A stretch of DNA of 63,738 bases, filler included, from Reticulomyxa filosa (GCA_000512085.1; 21 parts of 21 records of this genome joined end to end with filler, not necessarily neighbours in it); one strand, 5' to 3'; counted from the first letter of the whole stretch, positions 50,102 through 63,665 are shown. Notes: generated from the letters alone by a model not told the origin. Translations and numbers: made by a program.

Positions 50102-51548
50102 NNNNNNNNNNNNNNNNNNNNNNNNNNNNNNNNNNNNNNNNNNNNTTAATTAATTAANNNNNNNNNNNNNNNNNNNNNNNNNNNNNNNNNNNNNNNNNNN
50201 NACCCGTTACTAGTAGCTCAAGTTGTAAAGGTACACAAGGAAGAAAATTAACGCAATTCAAAAAGAAAAAGAATTCGAATGATTTGAATCACAAAATCAT
50301 TGCTACACGTTTGTCAAACAAATACTAAATGGAAAGACATTTACAATCTTTTGATAGAAAATATAATTGGCGAGAAAAAAAAATAGATATAAAGAGTACA
50401 TATATCCATTCATTCTTACTATTTGCGTATCCATGATGCAAATCCATGATGCAAATATATGAACAATATTAAACAATGTTTCATATTTTTTCCCTGCTTC
50501 CTTTTGTATGTCCCATAAAAGCATCTACTTTGACGTGTTCCAAAGGATAGTGTAATACTTCATCGTTGCTCCAAATACTACTTGTATTTTTTATTAGCAA
50601 ATCTTGTCTTCAAACATTTTGACTAATTTGTTTTGTGCAATACTATGAGTGATATCAATTCACTTTGCTTGCTGTAACAAAAGAGCTCTTACAAAGAAAA
50701 ATCACGTTTGAAAAAATGTTTACTAACGTGTTGGTAATCGTATTACTGGAAGTTTGCAATTAAAAATTTTTTTTAATCATCATATTGGTATTATTTATGA
50801 TTGTGATGAAATAACAATATTGCCATTAAATAAAAGTAATAAATGTACATCTTTTTCTTTTATATTCTATCGGAGAAATGTTTTTCAAAAGATGAATAAA
50901 CAAAAAAAGATAATATAAATTATGCAAGTAAATAATATTTATTGAATATTTTAAAAGTCGTCAAATATTTTTTTGTTTGGAATTAGATAAGTATACATCT
51001 TGAGATGTTGTAGGGCAAGTTTCTATTGTAGATAGCCGAACTTTAAAGGGTTTGAGGAATCCCCAGTGGGTTAAACTCCTTTACTTTTCTTGTTGTTAAG
51101 TATTCTTTCTTTAAATCACTTTTGTTGAAAAGTATCCATCGTCGTATTACACTTACAACTTCTGTACATGAACTTCCTACAGTATCTTTTTTTGTGTGTC
51201 AGTTTTCTTGCCAGAGTGCCAGTATTCGCTTTTGTTTATGCTATTTTTGAAGGAAGTACTAATAATGTTTACGGCCAATATTAATTTAAGCGTGTGCCTT
51301 TTTGATCTTGGTTGTTTTTTGTCCATACAAAGATTCAATGTGGAACAATAAATTTTTTTCATCTTTTATTTCTACCAAAACCATCACTGTTTTTTTTGTC
51401 TCTTGTGGATTATTTTCTTATTTCACTTATTTCATTCCACTTGAAAAATCTGTTTTCAAAACGAAAGCCTTCGTATAGGCTTTCAATTAAGAAATATGAC
51501 TATTTTGGAATATAAAAAAGTCTTTTTGTTGTCTGTTTTAATTACAAA

Positions 51549-51791
51549 ATGGACCAACAATTGCTCACGACAATCATGAACTCAGAGAAAATCACTTTAA
51601 CACAACTGACAATCATGGATCCAAAGCATTTTCTTCAATTCATGAGTAAATGGAAGATAGAAGAACTAATTGAATACCATAAAGAGAATGAAAATTTTTT
51701 GCTACTCTTTGACGTAACAAGCAGATATAAATTAAATTAAAAAAAAATAAAATCAGATAGAGTAACATATGATTGCATGGTAAATGGAAGA
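51549..51791 (+). CDS. First exon(s) of a hypothetical protein (partial)
   Basis: ATG after an A-rich leader, MDQQLLTTIMNSEKITL..., a GTAAC donor near 51713 and a short second exon at the contig end. Confidence 0.4.
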
Positions 51792-51891
51792 NNNNNNNNN
51801 NNNNNNNNNNNNNNNNNNNNNNNNNNNNNNNNNNNTTAATTAATTAANNNNNNNNNNNNNNNNNNNNNNNNNNNNNNNNNNNNNNNNNNNN

Positions 51892-52956
51892 ATTGATGGA
51901 TTTCAAAATATAAATGGATATGATTATGATACATCCATATATTTACTTGAAGGAATTGCAACAAAATTTAATGATCAACAATTGGATAGAGTTTTCAGTG
52001 CTTTCATTCATGGGTTAAAAGATAAAGATAGAAATGTTTGTTATTTATGTGCAGAATCACTTGGAATAATTTCAGAGAAATTGAATGAGAAACAACTGAA
52101 AAATGCAATTCATTCTTTGATCGATGGATTCAAAGATGAAGATGAAGATGTTCGTGAATCATATGCAATAGCACTTGGAGTAATTTCAGAGAAATTAAGT
52201 GAGAAACAACTGGAAGAAGTTATCAACGCTTTGATGATTGGATTAAACGATGAACAAAAATATGTTTGTGGATCATGTGCAGAATCACTTGGTATAATTG
52301 CAGCAAAAGCGAGTGAGAAACAACTGGAAAAAATTGTCAACGCTTTGATGAGTGGATTAAACGATAAAGATAGATATGTTTGGTATTTATGTGCAATATC
52401 ACTTGGAGTAATTTTAGAGAAATTGAATGAGAAAAAACTGGAAAATGTAATTCATACTTTGATCGACGGATTCAAAGATGAAGATGAAGATATTCGTGTA
52501 GTATGTGCAGAATCGCTTGGAGTAATTTCAACGAATTTGACTGATAAACAACTGGAAGGAGTTTTCAATGCTTTGCCAAATGGGCTGGAAAATTATTACT
52601 TTGGTTCATATTTCGAAACACTTGAAGAAATTTCAACGAAATGGAATGAAAAACAATCGGAGAGGGTTTTCAACGCTTTGATATTTGTTTCCAAACATTT
52701 GATGGATACAAACAACAACCGATATAAAGATGGACAATTGGTGATATTACTTGGAATAATATCAACGAAATTGAATGACAAACAATTGTATTTATTGGTG
52801 ATACATTTGTTGGAAAGAGCGAAAAAGAAATGTGAATGGTATGAATTATCAAAAATATCCGAAGATATGTGGAAACGTGCAACAATTTGTGGATTGAAAG
52901 AAAATATCCAATTGAAAAATGAAAATACATTGATGAATTCAAATAATCGTATTTGT
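51892..52956 (+). CDS. HEAT-repeat protein fragment with 38-aa (114-bp) tandem units
   Basis: Five well-conserved units of type KDxDxxVxxxCAESLGxISEKLNEKQLExVINALxxGL. The frame is open across the whole contig. Confidence 0.9.
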
Positions 52957-53056
52957 NNNNNNNNNNNNNNNNNNNNNNNNNNNNNNNNNNNNNNNNNNNN
53001 TTAATTAATTAANNNNNNNNNNNNNNNNNNNNNNNNNNNNNNNNNNNNNNNNNNNN

Positions 53057-55090
53057 CGAACTGCTATCTTCATTCAAATTTTGGTTGTACTTAATCTCCA
53101 ATTCACTTATTCTTTTTTTTTTTTTTTTATGTTTTATTTGGTTTTGATTTAATTTATTTTAATTTGACTTGGTTTGTTCTTACTGTTTCTCCCTTCTTCA
53201 TCACTTCATCCAGCTCACTCAAAGAGTAGACATACCTTTTCTGCAAGCCCTTCATTTTTTCAAATTCCTTTTCTTCCAAGTCCAGGCCAGCTCTATCATT
53301 TTATTTATGTTTTTGTTTGTTTGTTTGTTTGAAATGTAAAACGAAGCGAAGAGGATAAGAACCTTTTATAGTCTCGCAGCAAGCGATTCAACATGCGACT
53401 CCATTCTGGATGTAATGCAGTGCGATCTACAACCTCCGAAAATTTTTTGAGTTGGCTGTATAAATCTTTTCTCATGATCACACGTCCACTTTTTTTTTTT
53501 TTTTTCATTACAAAAAAAAAAAACAACATGCATTTATTCTTTGTTAAAAAAGATAAAGAACTCAAAAAAAAAAAAAAGAATCAATGAACCTGAAAATTTT
53601 TCCGAGTCAGCAGTGGCCTGAGAACCGACGCTTCACGAGTCTTCTTTTCTGGCGATACGTTTTGCAGAAAGGAGATGGAATTTTCCAATCTGGAGTGTCT
53701 CTTGCAAAGAGATTAAAAAGATTAGATATGGAGGGAGGTAGAAACAAAACAGCGTAAAAATCAATCTCTTGGGCAGTGTTGCATAGAGATAGAAAAAAAG
53801 TGAGTGGAACTTGCTTAATTTGGATCAATGTCAACAACACGTTTTCGGGAGTCAAAGCCGCTTCAGTGAGTTGGGCAAATTTGATCATACACCAACGTCG
53901 TCTCTTTTTCAATTTCCGCTTCCAATGCAATAATCATTTCTGGCGACAAGTCGATGCGCAAACTACTTTGTGACTCTTCCGCCACGTCCGATAGTACTGC
54001 GTTCTTCAAATAACAACGTGCCAGCTTGGTGTGTACTTGTCCACCAGTTTCGCTATAAATTCTTCTTTACTCACTTTATAATATATATATGTATGTATTA
54101 TGTGGTAAGTTGTTCCCACAAGCAAACCTTTATAAAAAAAAACAACATATTTAACTTACCCTGTTTTGCATTCTCAAATGTGCCCACAGAAAATTCTTTT
54201 TACGTAGTGCGAGTAATCCAATTTCGCGTCACGCAACCGTTTCCATACAACAAGCCACAACTTTTACAACCAATCTTCGTCTTTTTTTTTTTCTCCTTTT
54301 AATTGGCAGTCAGAGTCACATTTCACCTGACTTAAATGAGAATAGTAAAGAGATAATAAGTGCTCATGATAATATGGGACCCCTTTGATCTTTGTATCTT
54401 CTGCCTTTTCGTCAGACATTCTCACCGACTGAACCTCACAACCTTTTAAAAAGACCTCTTTTTTTTCGTTTGTTACGTCGATACACAAAAAAAAGAAAAA
54501 ATAAAGACTATGTGGGCTCGACATTTTGTCTTAGCGTCAATAGAGCCAGAGTGGAAAAAGTAACAAGATAAGTAGACTGAAGTAATATGGGTTATGAACA
54601 GCAAAAAGGAGAGCAAAAAAAGAGTCAAACAAATAAAAAGATTTTTTTCCATCCATTTCATAAACCTTGAAAACGTATTGACATCTAAAAGTTGTTTTCA
54701 GTATTGTTCGAAGAGTTTGAAGGATTGTAAAAGTTCGAAAAGTTTGAAGCGTATAAAGAGTTGTTGATATTCCTGTATTCACGGACCAAAACTGTCCTCC
54801 CTAAAAAAAAACAACGCAAACAATAAAATATTGAAATGAAAAAAATATATATATAATTAACTTGTTAGTGGGGCCACTAATAGGATCAAACCAAAAAGTA
54901 TCGACAACAACGTAATGCAAATTATTGCGGACGTTGGATCTTTATCAAAGTTGACGGTATATAACAGCGCAGCAATACTTGTACTTTGAATTAGTATAAT
55001 TCCACCATAATAAAAGAAATTTGAATGCTGGCATCTGGCAAGCATTTGACTTAAATAAGTCTTGCTTTTGCTTTTTTTTTCTTTAACCAT
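53057..55090 (-). CDS. Multi-exon membrane protein with N-terminal TM helices and a possible divergent RGS-like domain; a frame break near 53865 suggests damage
   Basis: Hydrophobic exons from MVKEKK. LLSLYYSHLSQ, SLRIDLSPEMI and WSRMLNRLLRDYKRF loosely follow RGS motif order. Confidence 0.35.
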
Positions 55091-57587
55091 AACAAGTTAA
55101 AAATGAAAGTGAACTTATAAAAAAATTCATTTTTTTTAAGTTAAAATTTTAATTTAATCACATTATAAAAAATTGTCAGTATTGAAAGTATTTCTTTCGT
55201 TTGTATTTGTTCCTTCTTTTATTAAAATTTTTTATGATATAATAATTGAAAATTTTTAATTTATTTTCAACATTTATTTCATTACTTTTAAAGAAACTAA
55301 AAAGAATTATTTACATGTATGGCAAAAGTATTGCGTAATAAAATGATCAAATTCTTTTGAAAATATATACAATTTTTTTGTTAATTACTGATCCTTTCGA
55401 ATAGAAATTTGATTATTTAATATTTGAGTAATTTTATCATCAAATATATAAAGTCCAATTTATGGTTATTTTTGGTATTATTTAAACATCAACGTCTTTT
55501 TAAGATACATTTATTTTTGGCAAATCCATATTTTTATTACCAGAAAAAAATTTACTAATAATAAATTTTCACAAATCGTCTTGCAAGTGATCCAAATTTT
55601 GTTGATTTTTCCACTTTTGTTAAGCAAAGTGGCAAACAGCATATGATGAAAAATTATCATTAAAATAAATTCAAAAATATTACACAATTAGGACAAATAT
55701 CTCTTCTTTGATTGTTTCGAAACACAAAAACAATCAAAGTGTTCATGTCGCAGTCTTATCACTAGCAGAAAAATTCTATAACAAAAATGTAACCCAAAAT
55801 ATATGCTAATCAATAAAAGTAATTAATAACAATTATAAATATTTAAAACATAAAATAGTGCCTATCTTATTCCTTTGCATATTTTATTTAATAATACTGC
55901 CCACGATGCTTTCATGTTCCAATTGAGTTTATTTTGTTGTCAATTAGAATATAGCATGTAGAGAGTTTTCATTGAACCAGTGCAAGTAAAGTATGGCCAC
56001 TAGCAAGAAAAGAGGAACAGATGCAGATGCTCCAGATAGACTCCAGCATCAAGTCAGACAAAATTTGAACTCTACTTGCTTCAAATCAACATTATCGAAG
56101 AGATAGCAGAGGTGCCGATTTGAAGGAAAACTACACTTACTGAAAAGTGTGTTTTCTAAACAAAAAAACAAAAACAACAATAGGGAAATCAAACTACAGA
56201 TAATAAGCAATTTTGGAACATGTCAAGAGTGCGTTTTGAAGTATATGATTGAGGATAAACTTAAAGGGGGAACGTAACTCTTAATTGTCAATTTTGTTTT
56301 TAACTCAATAGATAGTAGAAAAAATATTATGTCTGATATGCTAAGAAAGAATTTTTAAATTTTTACTTACCGGAGTGATTTTATTTGGAACAGACAGCCA
56401 AACAAAAGATTGAAGCAATTATAGAATTGCCTGTTGATTAAAAAGTAAGCAACACTAAGTTGTTATTTGTTTAGTGATAACATAAACATTTCAGCAAGGC
56501 AATAAAACGGTTTTGGAAAAAACAACAGAATGTAAATCTCGAATAAAGTAGAACGACGTTAATTAAAAAAAAGCAATCTTTAACAGCGTATTGCTTTGAT
56601 AACAAGCAGAGGAAGGTAGATGAAAAAAAGGCTATATCATTCATTGTGGAAAACAAAAAAAAGGTCCATAATATTAGCTAGCACGATAAACATAGCTATA
56701 ATTTGTTATTTGGGGGTATTACGTAGTGTAAATTATTTGACAAATTTGAGCGCCGAACAGTTTTATGTGAACAATGAAGCAATTTATTAGTACACGTGAT
56801 ATGCATTGATTGACCTGGATGTACTACCGGACCAGCATTAATCTGTGGCTATAGCAAAAGGGGTGAAGGATGATTAGATAGATACCCAGGGGGTGTGCGT
56901 CCTGCCTTTGGGGATCATGAGCCCACATCGAGAATATGCCGGCAGATTCATGTGAGACACGCATCCTAGATGAGCACGTATATGAAGATGATGGTGAGGG
57001 GATTGCGTAAGGATCGAATCCATCATTATAGGCAGGAGAAACTAAAACAGAGCCGCAGCATACTTCAGTATCCTTGAGGTATTCCATCAAGATTGCTTCT
57101 CCATCCAAATCATGATCTTACACTAGCCACATATCCAATTATACATCATCGGCGTTCTTCAATCTATCATCAGCCACGGCGATGAGGACTATCTCGACTT
57201 TCTATATTGTCTCGGTTATATCTGTTATATCATCTTTGGGGCTTATTCAAATATTTTTCAACACATAACAAACATACATATAATACAGAGATTGAAAAAA
57301 AAACTGACATACCTAAATGGCACTATATGAAGAGAATAGATTTTCTCCATGAAAAATAAATATTTAAACATAATTTTTTAAAAAAATATATACTAATATT
57401 GTAGTTTTAAATATTAAATTGGTTTTATGATAAGTTTTTCATTTGTTGATCAAAAATATGATTTTTTCAAATGATTTTTAAAAATTTNNNNNNNNNNNNN
57501 NNNNNNNNNNNNNNNNNNNNNNNNNNNNNNNTTAATTAATTAANNNNNNNNNNNNNNNNNNNNNNNNNNNNNNNNNNNNNNNNNNNN

Positions 57588-57618
<31 letters not shown>

Positions 57619-58650
57619 CATTGGATAACATCTTATCCAAACCAATACAAAATGATCCTTGCACTCGATCCATGGAAAAACCTGTGTTGGTAGTGAAGGA
57701 ATAACCCATGCCAGTGGCGATCATTTGTTGATAAAAGGGTGCATTGGGTCCGTTGAGGAGCAACTGCGATAATACCATGAGACCAATGGTGTCTTCGACA
57801 TCGTCGACGCGATTGCATAGCCACGTCATGCACATCCTTGTCTGCCTGTCGGGCTCACCGAGGAACGCATCTGGAGGTCCTTCACATGCAATGTGCTTGA
57901 CCGGAGACTCGTAATAAGGCTGTAAAGTAATGGAATCGTCAATATCTCGCAACGAGTCCAAAGGACTGAATTTGGACAATACCAACTCGTGCAACTGGCG
58001 CAGACAAGGCTGCAGATCTCCATACGAGTAGAACACGGCATTGCTTGGATGATAGTACTTGGCATGGAACTCTTTCAGCTGCTTATGAGTTAATTGCGGT
58101 ATCACTTCCGGGTCGCCGCCAAAGTTGTGTTGGTATATCGTGTCTGAAAAGACATTTTTATCTGTGTGCATTGCAAATAGATCGGATGGATCACTCATTT
58201 TGCCTTTCATTTCATTATACACCACTCCTTTTCTTTCTAACAATATTTTATTATCATTATCAATATCTTCTTTCATTCTCTTTGTTATCAATTCCAATCG
58301 ATGACCTTCTTGTCTGAAATCCAACTCTTTCAACTCTGGAAAAAACACACTGTCAACATAGACATTAAGCAGGTTATCATAGTCTTGCTCGTTTTGCGTC
58401 GAAAATGGATAACACGTCCAATCTGCGCTGGTCATTGCATTCATGAATGTGTTCAGTGATCTCTTCAACATGTGGAAAAACGGATCTTTCACTGGATATC
58501 TTTTACTCCCACACAATGTTGTATGCTCCAAAATATGAGCAACTCCTGTACTGTCTTGTGGAATCGTTCGCAGTGCGATTGCAAACGCATTGTTTGTGTC
58601 ACTCGTGTCCAAGTGGATATAACGAGTTCCAAGTTTTTCATGACGTTTAA
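57588..58650 (-). CDS. PITRM1: Presequence protease (pitrilysin family M16C, PreP/Cym1), N-terminal half
   Basis: DSTGVAHILEHTTLCGS.RYPVKDPFF.MLKRSLNTFMNAMT (HxxEH), QEGHRLE, KGVVYNEMKG, GGDP..IP.LT and FH.KYYHPSNA. Confidence 0.95.
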
Positions 58651-61231
58651 ACTTTTTTTTTTTTTTTTTTTGTATTACTATATTACNNNNNNNNNNNNNN
58701 NNNNNNNNNNNNNNNNNNNNNNNNNNNNNNTTAATTAATTAANNNNNNNNNNNNNNNNNNNNNNNNNNNNNNNNNNNNNNNNNNNNAATCAGTCAATCAC
58801 TGATGTGCACATAGTGGTATTTTTCAATACTTCTTTTTAAAAATATTTTGTAGGGAGTGCACACACACACACAATTGATCAACATCACATTTCAAAATTC
58901 AGTTTTTGTAATCTATAATCATTACTTGACCTTCTTCTGGTGAGTGTGATACACTGGCTCCATCTTTTTACATTTCAAATGGTAAAGTAGTTATCCATTG
59001 GAACAGGTTTCTTCTCAGAGGAATCACATTCTATTTGAATAAGGTTAGAAAATTGAGAATAAAATCAGAGACGATTAATTATAAAATCGTGGATAAAAAA
59101 ACATCACATGAACAGACTCTTACACAATGTGGTTCTTTTTTTAATCTTGAAATCTAAGTTCATTTCAAAATACATTGCAATTAACTCAAATTTGTTATGA
59201 TTGCGCAATAATTTGTACAATGGTAACAATACGATGAAATTTGTAATATTTTAGTTCATTGTTGATAACAATAACATACAAAAAAATGATTGATGTAATT
59301 TGTCATCAATATGTCATTAAATACTTTGTATTGACTATTGTTTGTGGCATTGTCAACAATTGAAACTAGAATCCATTGATTTTGTATTTTAAATGAAATG
59401 GAGTTATTATAGTCATTATTACAACAAATGTTGATTTCTCCTTTTAACACATCTTTTTTTTGATTTCATCAACTAAATAATATGATTTCTCATATGTTAT
59501 CTTTCAATATATCATTTTCATTGTCACTTAAAATAATCATAATACTGTCAATTGCAAGAAATCTTTCAAGATTTATCGTTATTTGGTCTCTTGCTATGAT
59601 AACCCATTGCATATATGATTATTTAATTCCATTACAAAATGCGTAATTAACAACAAATTTGTCTGCATATGAGCAAAATATATTATTCAAACAACGGCGA
59701 AAACTTGTTGGTAATTCTTTTAAAATCATTATATTGTTGTACACAATATGATGTGCTTTTTTTTTTTCATTACCTTTGGGATGATTTTCTTTGCCACAAA
59801 TATATGTTTCAAAAAAATAGATCTTTTATCATTTTCATTTTTCTACTAGCAATCTCGTGGGTGCAGTAATGACATACCTTTTTCATGCCATTCACCAATT
59901 TGCTCTAGCATTTAATCAAAACTGAATTATTGCACGCTGAGCACGCAAAATCATATGCTAATTTGTTATCATCGGCACATTCGTTGCTATGCAGTGACTC
60001 TTGGTATTTGTTCGTTTTCGGATTTTTAAATAAAACACCGTTGATATTAAGTCTTTTGATTTGTCATCATATCATTATTTCCGAAACGCCGAAAATATTT
60101 ATCTTTAAAAAATGTAGCGAGTTGTTCAGAAAGATATGTTGTAAAAAGTTAACATACGTCACAAAGCCTTTTTTTTTATCTTTATTGCAGCGTAATGCTT
60201 ATTATTCATCTCATATTTAAATAAAATAACTATGCTTTGTCATTGATATTTTCAAAACAAATGTAATCAATCATTTCTACAACAAATTTCATAATCTCTT
60301 TTATAACTTGTTTTTGTTAAAGTTAGTTGAATAAAAAACATAAACAAATTTTAAAAAATGTGTCTTGAATATACTTCTTTCCGGACATATGTTTACTTAC
60401 AATAAATATATATTTTTCTACAGAAATTGCGTCAATTTAATCAAAAAAAGTAATCTAATACATTTATTCTGAGTTTTTAATATTTATTTGTGATTTGAAA
60501 AAAATAAACTTGCAATACATTACCCAAAATATAAAAATAAATTTTTAAAAAATTTTTGTTAGACAGATATATTTCATTTCATTTTGTTGTATGTGCAAAA
60601 AAATTCTGTTCAAAACAAAAAAAAAATATAGTAAAATAAAAAAAATTTTAAAAAGCGTGGTCCATGTGCTTATTTTCGAACTTAGTAAAAGTTATATATT
60701 TAATCAAGTTTTTTGTACAATTATTACATGATTTCAATTAATGAAATGTAGCAATTTAGTTATTGCATCGCGTCATCTTTTTTGATATAATATTTATGCT
60801 AGAACAATTACAAGAGGATGAATACAATGGATAATACAAAGAAAGTTATATGTAGAAAAATTGAACTATATGGATTTTACGATATTATTATCACTTTGGA
60901 AAATTTTCTGACATTAGTAAAATATTACAAATTTTTAAAAAATTTTTTTGCACATACTAACGCGCTTTAATCAGTTTTTTTATAGCTATCGCTTTTCTCT
61001 TTTGTTAATGAACATACTATGACATATTTGATTTTAAATGAATCATCATCTTTTGAACCTTTCAGAAAAGTAAGNNNNNNNNNNNNNNNNNNNNNNNNNN
61101 NNNNNNNNNNNNNNNNNNTTAATTAATTAANNNNNNNNNNNNNNNNNNNNNNNNNNNNNNNNNNNNNNNNNNNNTTTGTGAAAGTTGGTGGATCACTTTT
61201 GTTTGCTTCAATAAAATTAAAAAATATAAAA

Positions 61232-62793
61232 TCATTGACCAGAGCCCAGAAACTGAAAACAATAAAACCCCACCGGAAAAGCAAACAAGAATGAGTCTAG
61301 TCTATCCAAGAACCCGCCCCACCCGGGTAAGATATTTCCAGTATCTTTTACATGATAGCACCGCTTGAGAAAAGATTCAAATAAATCACCTAAAATACTA
61401 AATATTCCAATTAAAATGCCAATACACAGGTGATTATTCCAACTCAATTTCACAAATGATGATGTACATATCTAAAAAAAAAAATATACATACACAAGCA
61501 AGTTATATAGTGGCTCTCTGTGATACCACCCCTCCTTTGCATGTTTTTTTTTTTTAGTGGGAAAAAAAAAAAAAACAGACATCATTGAAAAATTCATTAT
61601 GCTTGCCAAACAGCCATGTAGCTCCCATGGCCGATCCAAAATAGGGTTGGACAGATGAAGATAAAGGTGGGAGTTGCGAAGAGCAAGGATAATACAAAAA
61701 CGTTGCACCAATGAAATGTAGCGACAGAGCCACTAAGGGACACAACAGCAAGGCCATGAAAATGCCTTGCAAAGTTTTAGTGGGCGAAATGGTGGGCGCA
61801 ACGGATAGCAAAGCGAACCCACCATGGCGACTCAATGTGCCACCAATCAGTCCTCCAACATCCGCAGCGGTTGTGACTAACATCACATACCATACCGGAA
61901 GTACACTTTACATGTGGTGCACAAATACATACATATATTGAAATCAATATTGAATATTCAACATTCCAAACAAACCGTTTTTATTTTTTAAATTTTTTGG
62001 TGTGAATTTGGGGAATTTCTTTTTTTTTTTTTTTTTGGAAAGAACCTCTTTTCAGAGAAACACCTAACGAATGCTGAGTCAGACAAATTTGGAAATTGTG
62101 AAAAAACAAATACGGACAATAAAATAAGCCAAATAAACTAATGAAGAGCTCACTCAAATGCCATTGATTTAAAGTGGTATAAAATTTGGTGTTGAAATGA
62201 AGAGAAGAGTTTTTGTTTTTCAAAAGAGAAGTGTTGGTGGTCTCACCAGCAACATCAACACCATCCTTATGATGATGATGATGATGATGTGTCACGTCAC
62301 CACCGCTTTTATCGCTGCAATGGGCTTGTGCTGATAACATCGTCTCAAACAATTGCCGATTCTTTTGCACCAATGAAACTGGCGAAAAGCCGACTAAAGC
62401 CTGACAGATGTTCATTTTTTGGTGTGTCCAATCCAATGTGAGCTTGTCATGGCTATCCGTCAGACTTTGCGTGACCAATGAACCCATGTCCGCATACGCT
62501 CCAACCCATAAGATAATGTACACAAACATCATCCCTAAATACGTCGCGTGATACAATACTGAGTTCAAATACCAACCACTTAAGGCCATCACAAACACCA
62601 CTACAAATGCGTAGCTGTACGAAAGTAGGTTTGGGCTCACTGCTGTCAGCGTGTGGTACTCTTTCATCGCTATCACACACACCAAGCAACCGGTGCAAAA
62701 GCGTGGAGCTTCGGTTGACAATCCAAATGTCAACACGAAAAATGTACTAAAAAATGATAGTGCTCTTGCTCTCCATTCTCTTGATGTTAACAT
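61232..62793 (-). CDS. Phosphatidate cytidylyltransferase (CDP-DAG synthase), bacterial CdsA-type, three exons
   Basis: AMKEY, AADVGGLIGG, APTISPTKTLQG and GDLFESFLKR..VKDTGNILPGWGGFLDRLDS (CTP_transf_1 signature), with many TM helices. GT-AG introns lie at about 61903-62065 and 61472-61580. Confidence 0.88.
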
Positions 62794-63344
62794 CTTCTTT
62801 TATTTATTATGATCAATCTTTTTTTTTTTCATAAAGAAAGACCGACCAAAGCAGCTCACTCTCCAAAAAAAAAAAATGAAACGTTTTTACTACATAAAAA
62901 CAAAAACAATGCGTTCTTTTGTGAGATTGTACGTCATTTTTTTTTTTGCAGTCGCATTGTTTTGCTACATTTCCTTGTTAAAGAGGTTTCTCATTCGACT
63001 TAATATAAGTATTGGAAACAATTCAAAAATTTTTTACGCTCTTTTTTCAAGTACTGGACAGTAAGATTCCAAAGAGCCAAAATTACAACGCTGTGTAAAC
63101 AAAAGCTATAGATACTTCTGTTACAAGTTCGAATATGTGACTTTCTTTGAGAACGTCAGATGGAATTGATTATAAAATTAATTAACAGCTTTCAAATGTG
63201 GCTGTTTTTTTTTTTGCCAACGCACTTCCTTCACAAAGAGAAAAAGCAAAGGTAATAGCGTAGGCAGCAACAAAGCCCGAAAGAGACAAGTGTGGAAAAA
63301 AAACTTCAAAAAAAAGGTCGTCAAAAAGAAAAGGGTAGGGAATA

Positions 63345-63665
63345 ATGGCGCAACCGACATCAACGACGGCACCCTTAAAGATGGGTTCGAAAGAAAAAGA
63401 TAATAAAATTGCGGACAAGTATAAAAGAAAGAAGAAGCAATCAGTGAACGCGGTGAGTATATCTCACGTGCGAACAGAGTCAGGCAAGCCGTCGCATCAC
63501 ACGATGTCGAGTCTAGCGTTGCTGGCCGCAAGCAACCCAGCAATGGATGAGTTGGCAAAAGTATCCGTTGACATGAGATTTCAACGTGAGTTGGATAGAA
63601 TGCAAAAAGTAATTAAGCAAAAGGAAGAGCAATTTTTACTGCTTTGGAAATTGCGGATAACTTGA
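63345..63665 (+). CDS. Hypothetical protein or first exon ending in a short coiled coil, divergent from the CdsA-type gene
   Basis: ATG in an A-rich context and a protein-like ORF ending FQRELDRMQKVIKQKEEQ. Confidence 0.45.
   Translation: MAQPTSTTAPLKMGSKEKDNKIADKYKRKKKQSVNAVSISHVRTESGKPSHHTMSSLALLAASNPAMDELAKVSVDMRFQRELDRMQKVIKQKEEQFLLLWKLRIT

Noticed and set aside
56824-57260. GC-richer island with a 94-aa minus-strand ORF
   Set aside because: It has no recognisable motif and stops lie upstream in frame. It is probably a gene remnant but cannot be supported.
47860-58963. Shared 16-mer TGGAGCCAGTGTATCA at about 47860 (+) and about 58948-58963 (-)
   Set aside because: A single 16-nt match is near chance expectation in 64 kb on two strands, and it does not extend.
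58787-61074. Very AT-rich contig as possible organellar DNA or an origin
   Set aside because: It has no rRNA, tRNA or respiratory gene similarity and resembles other intergenic DNA in the window.
1561-61174. TTAATTAATTAA recurring 20 times, which could look like a CRISPR repeat, PacI array or telomere motif
   Set aside because: It is always embedded in exactly 88 Ns. It is a six-frame-stop linker added when contigs were concatenated.
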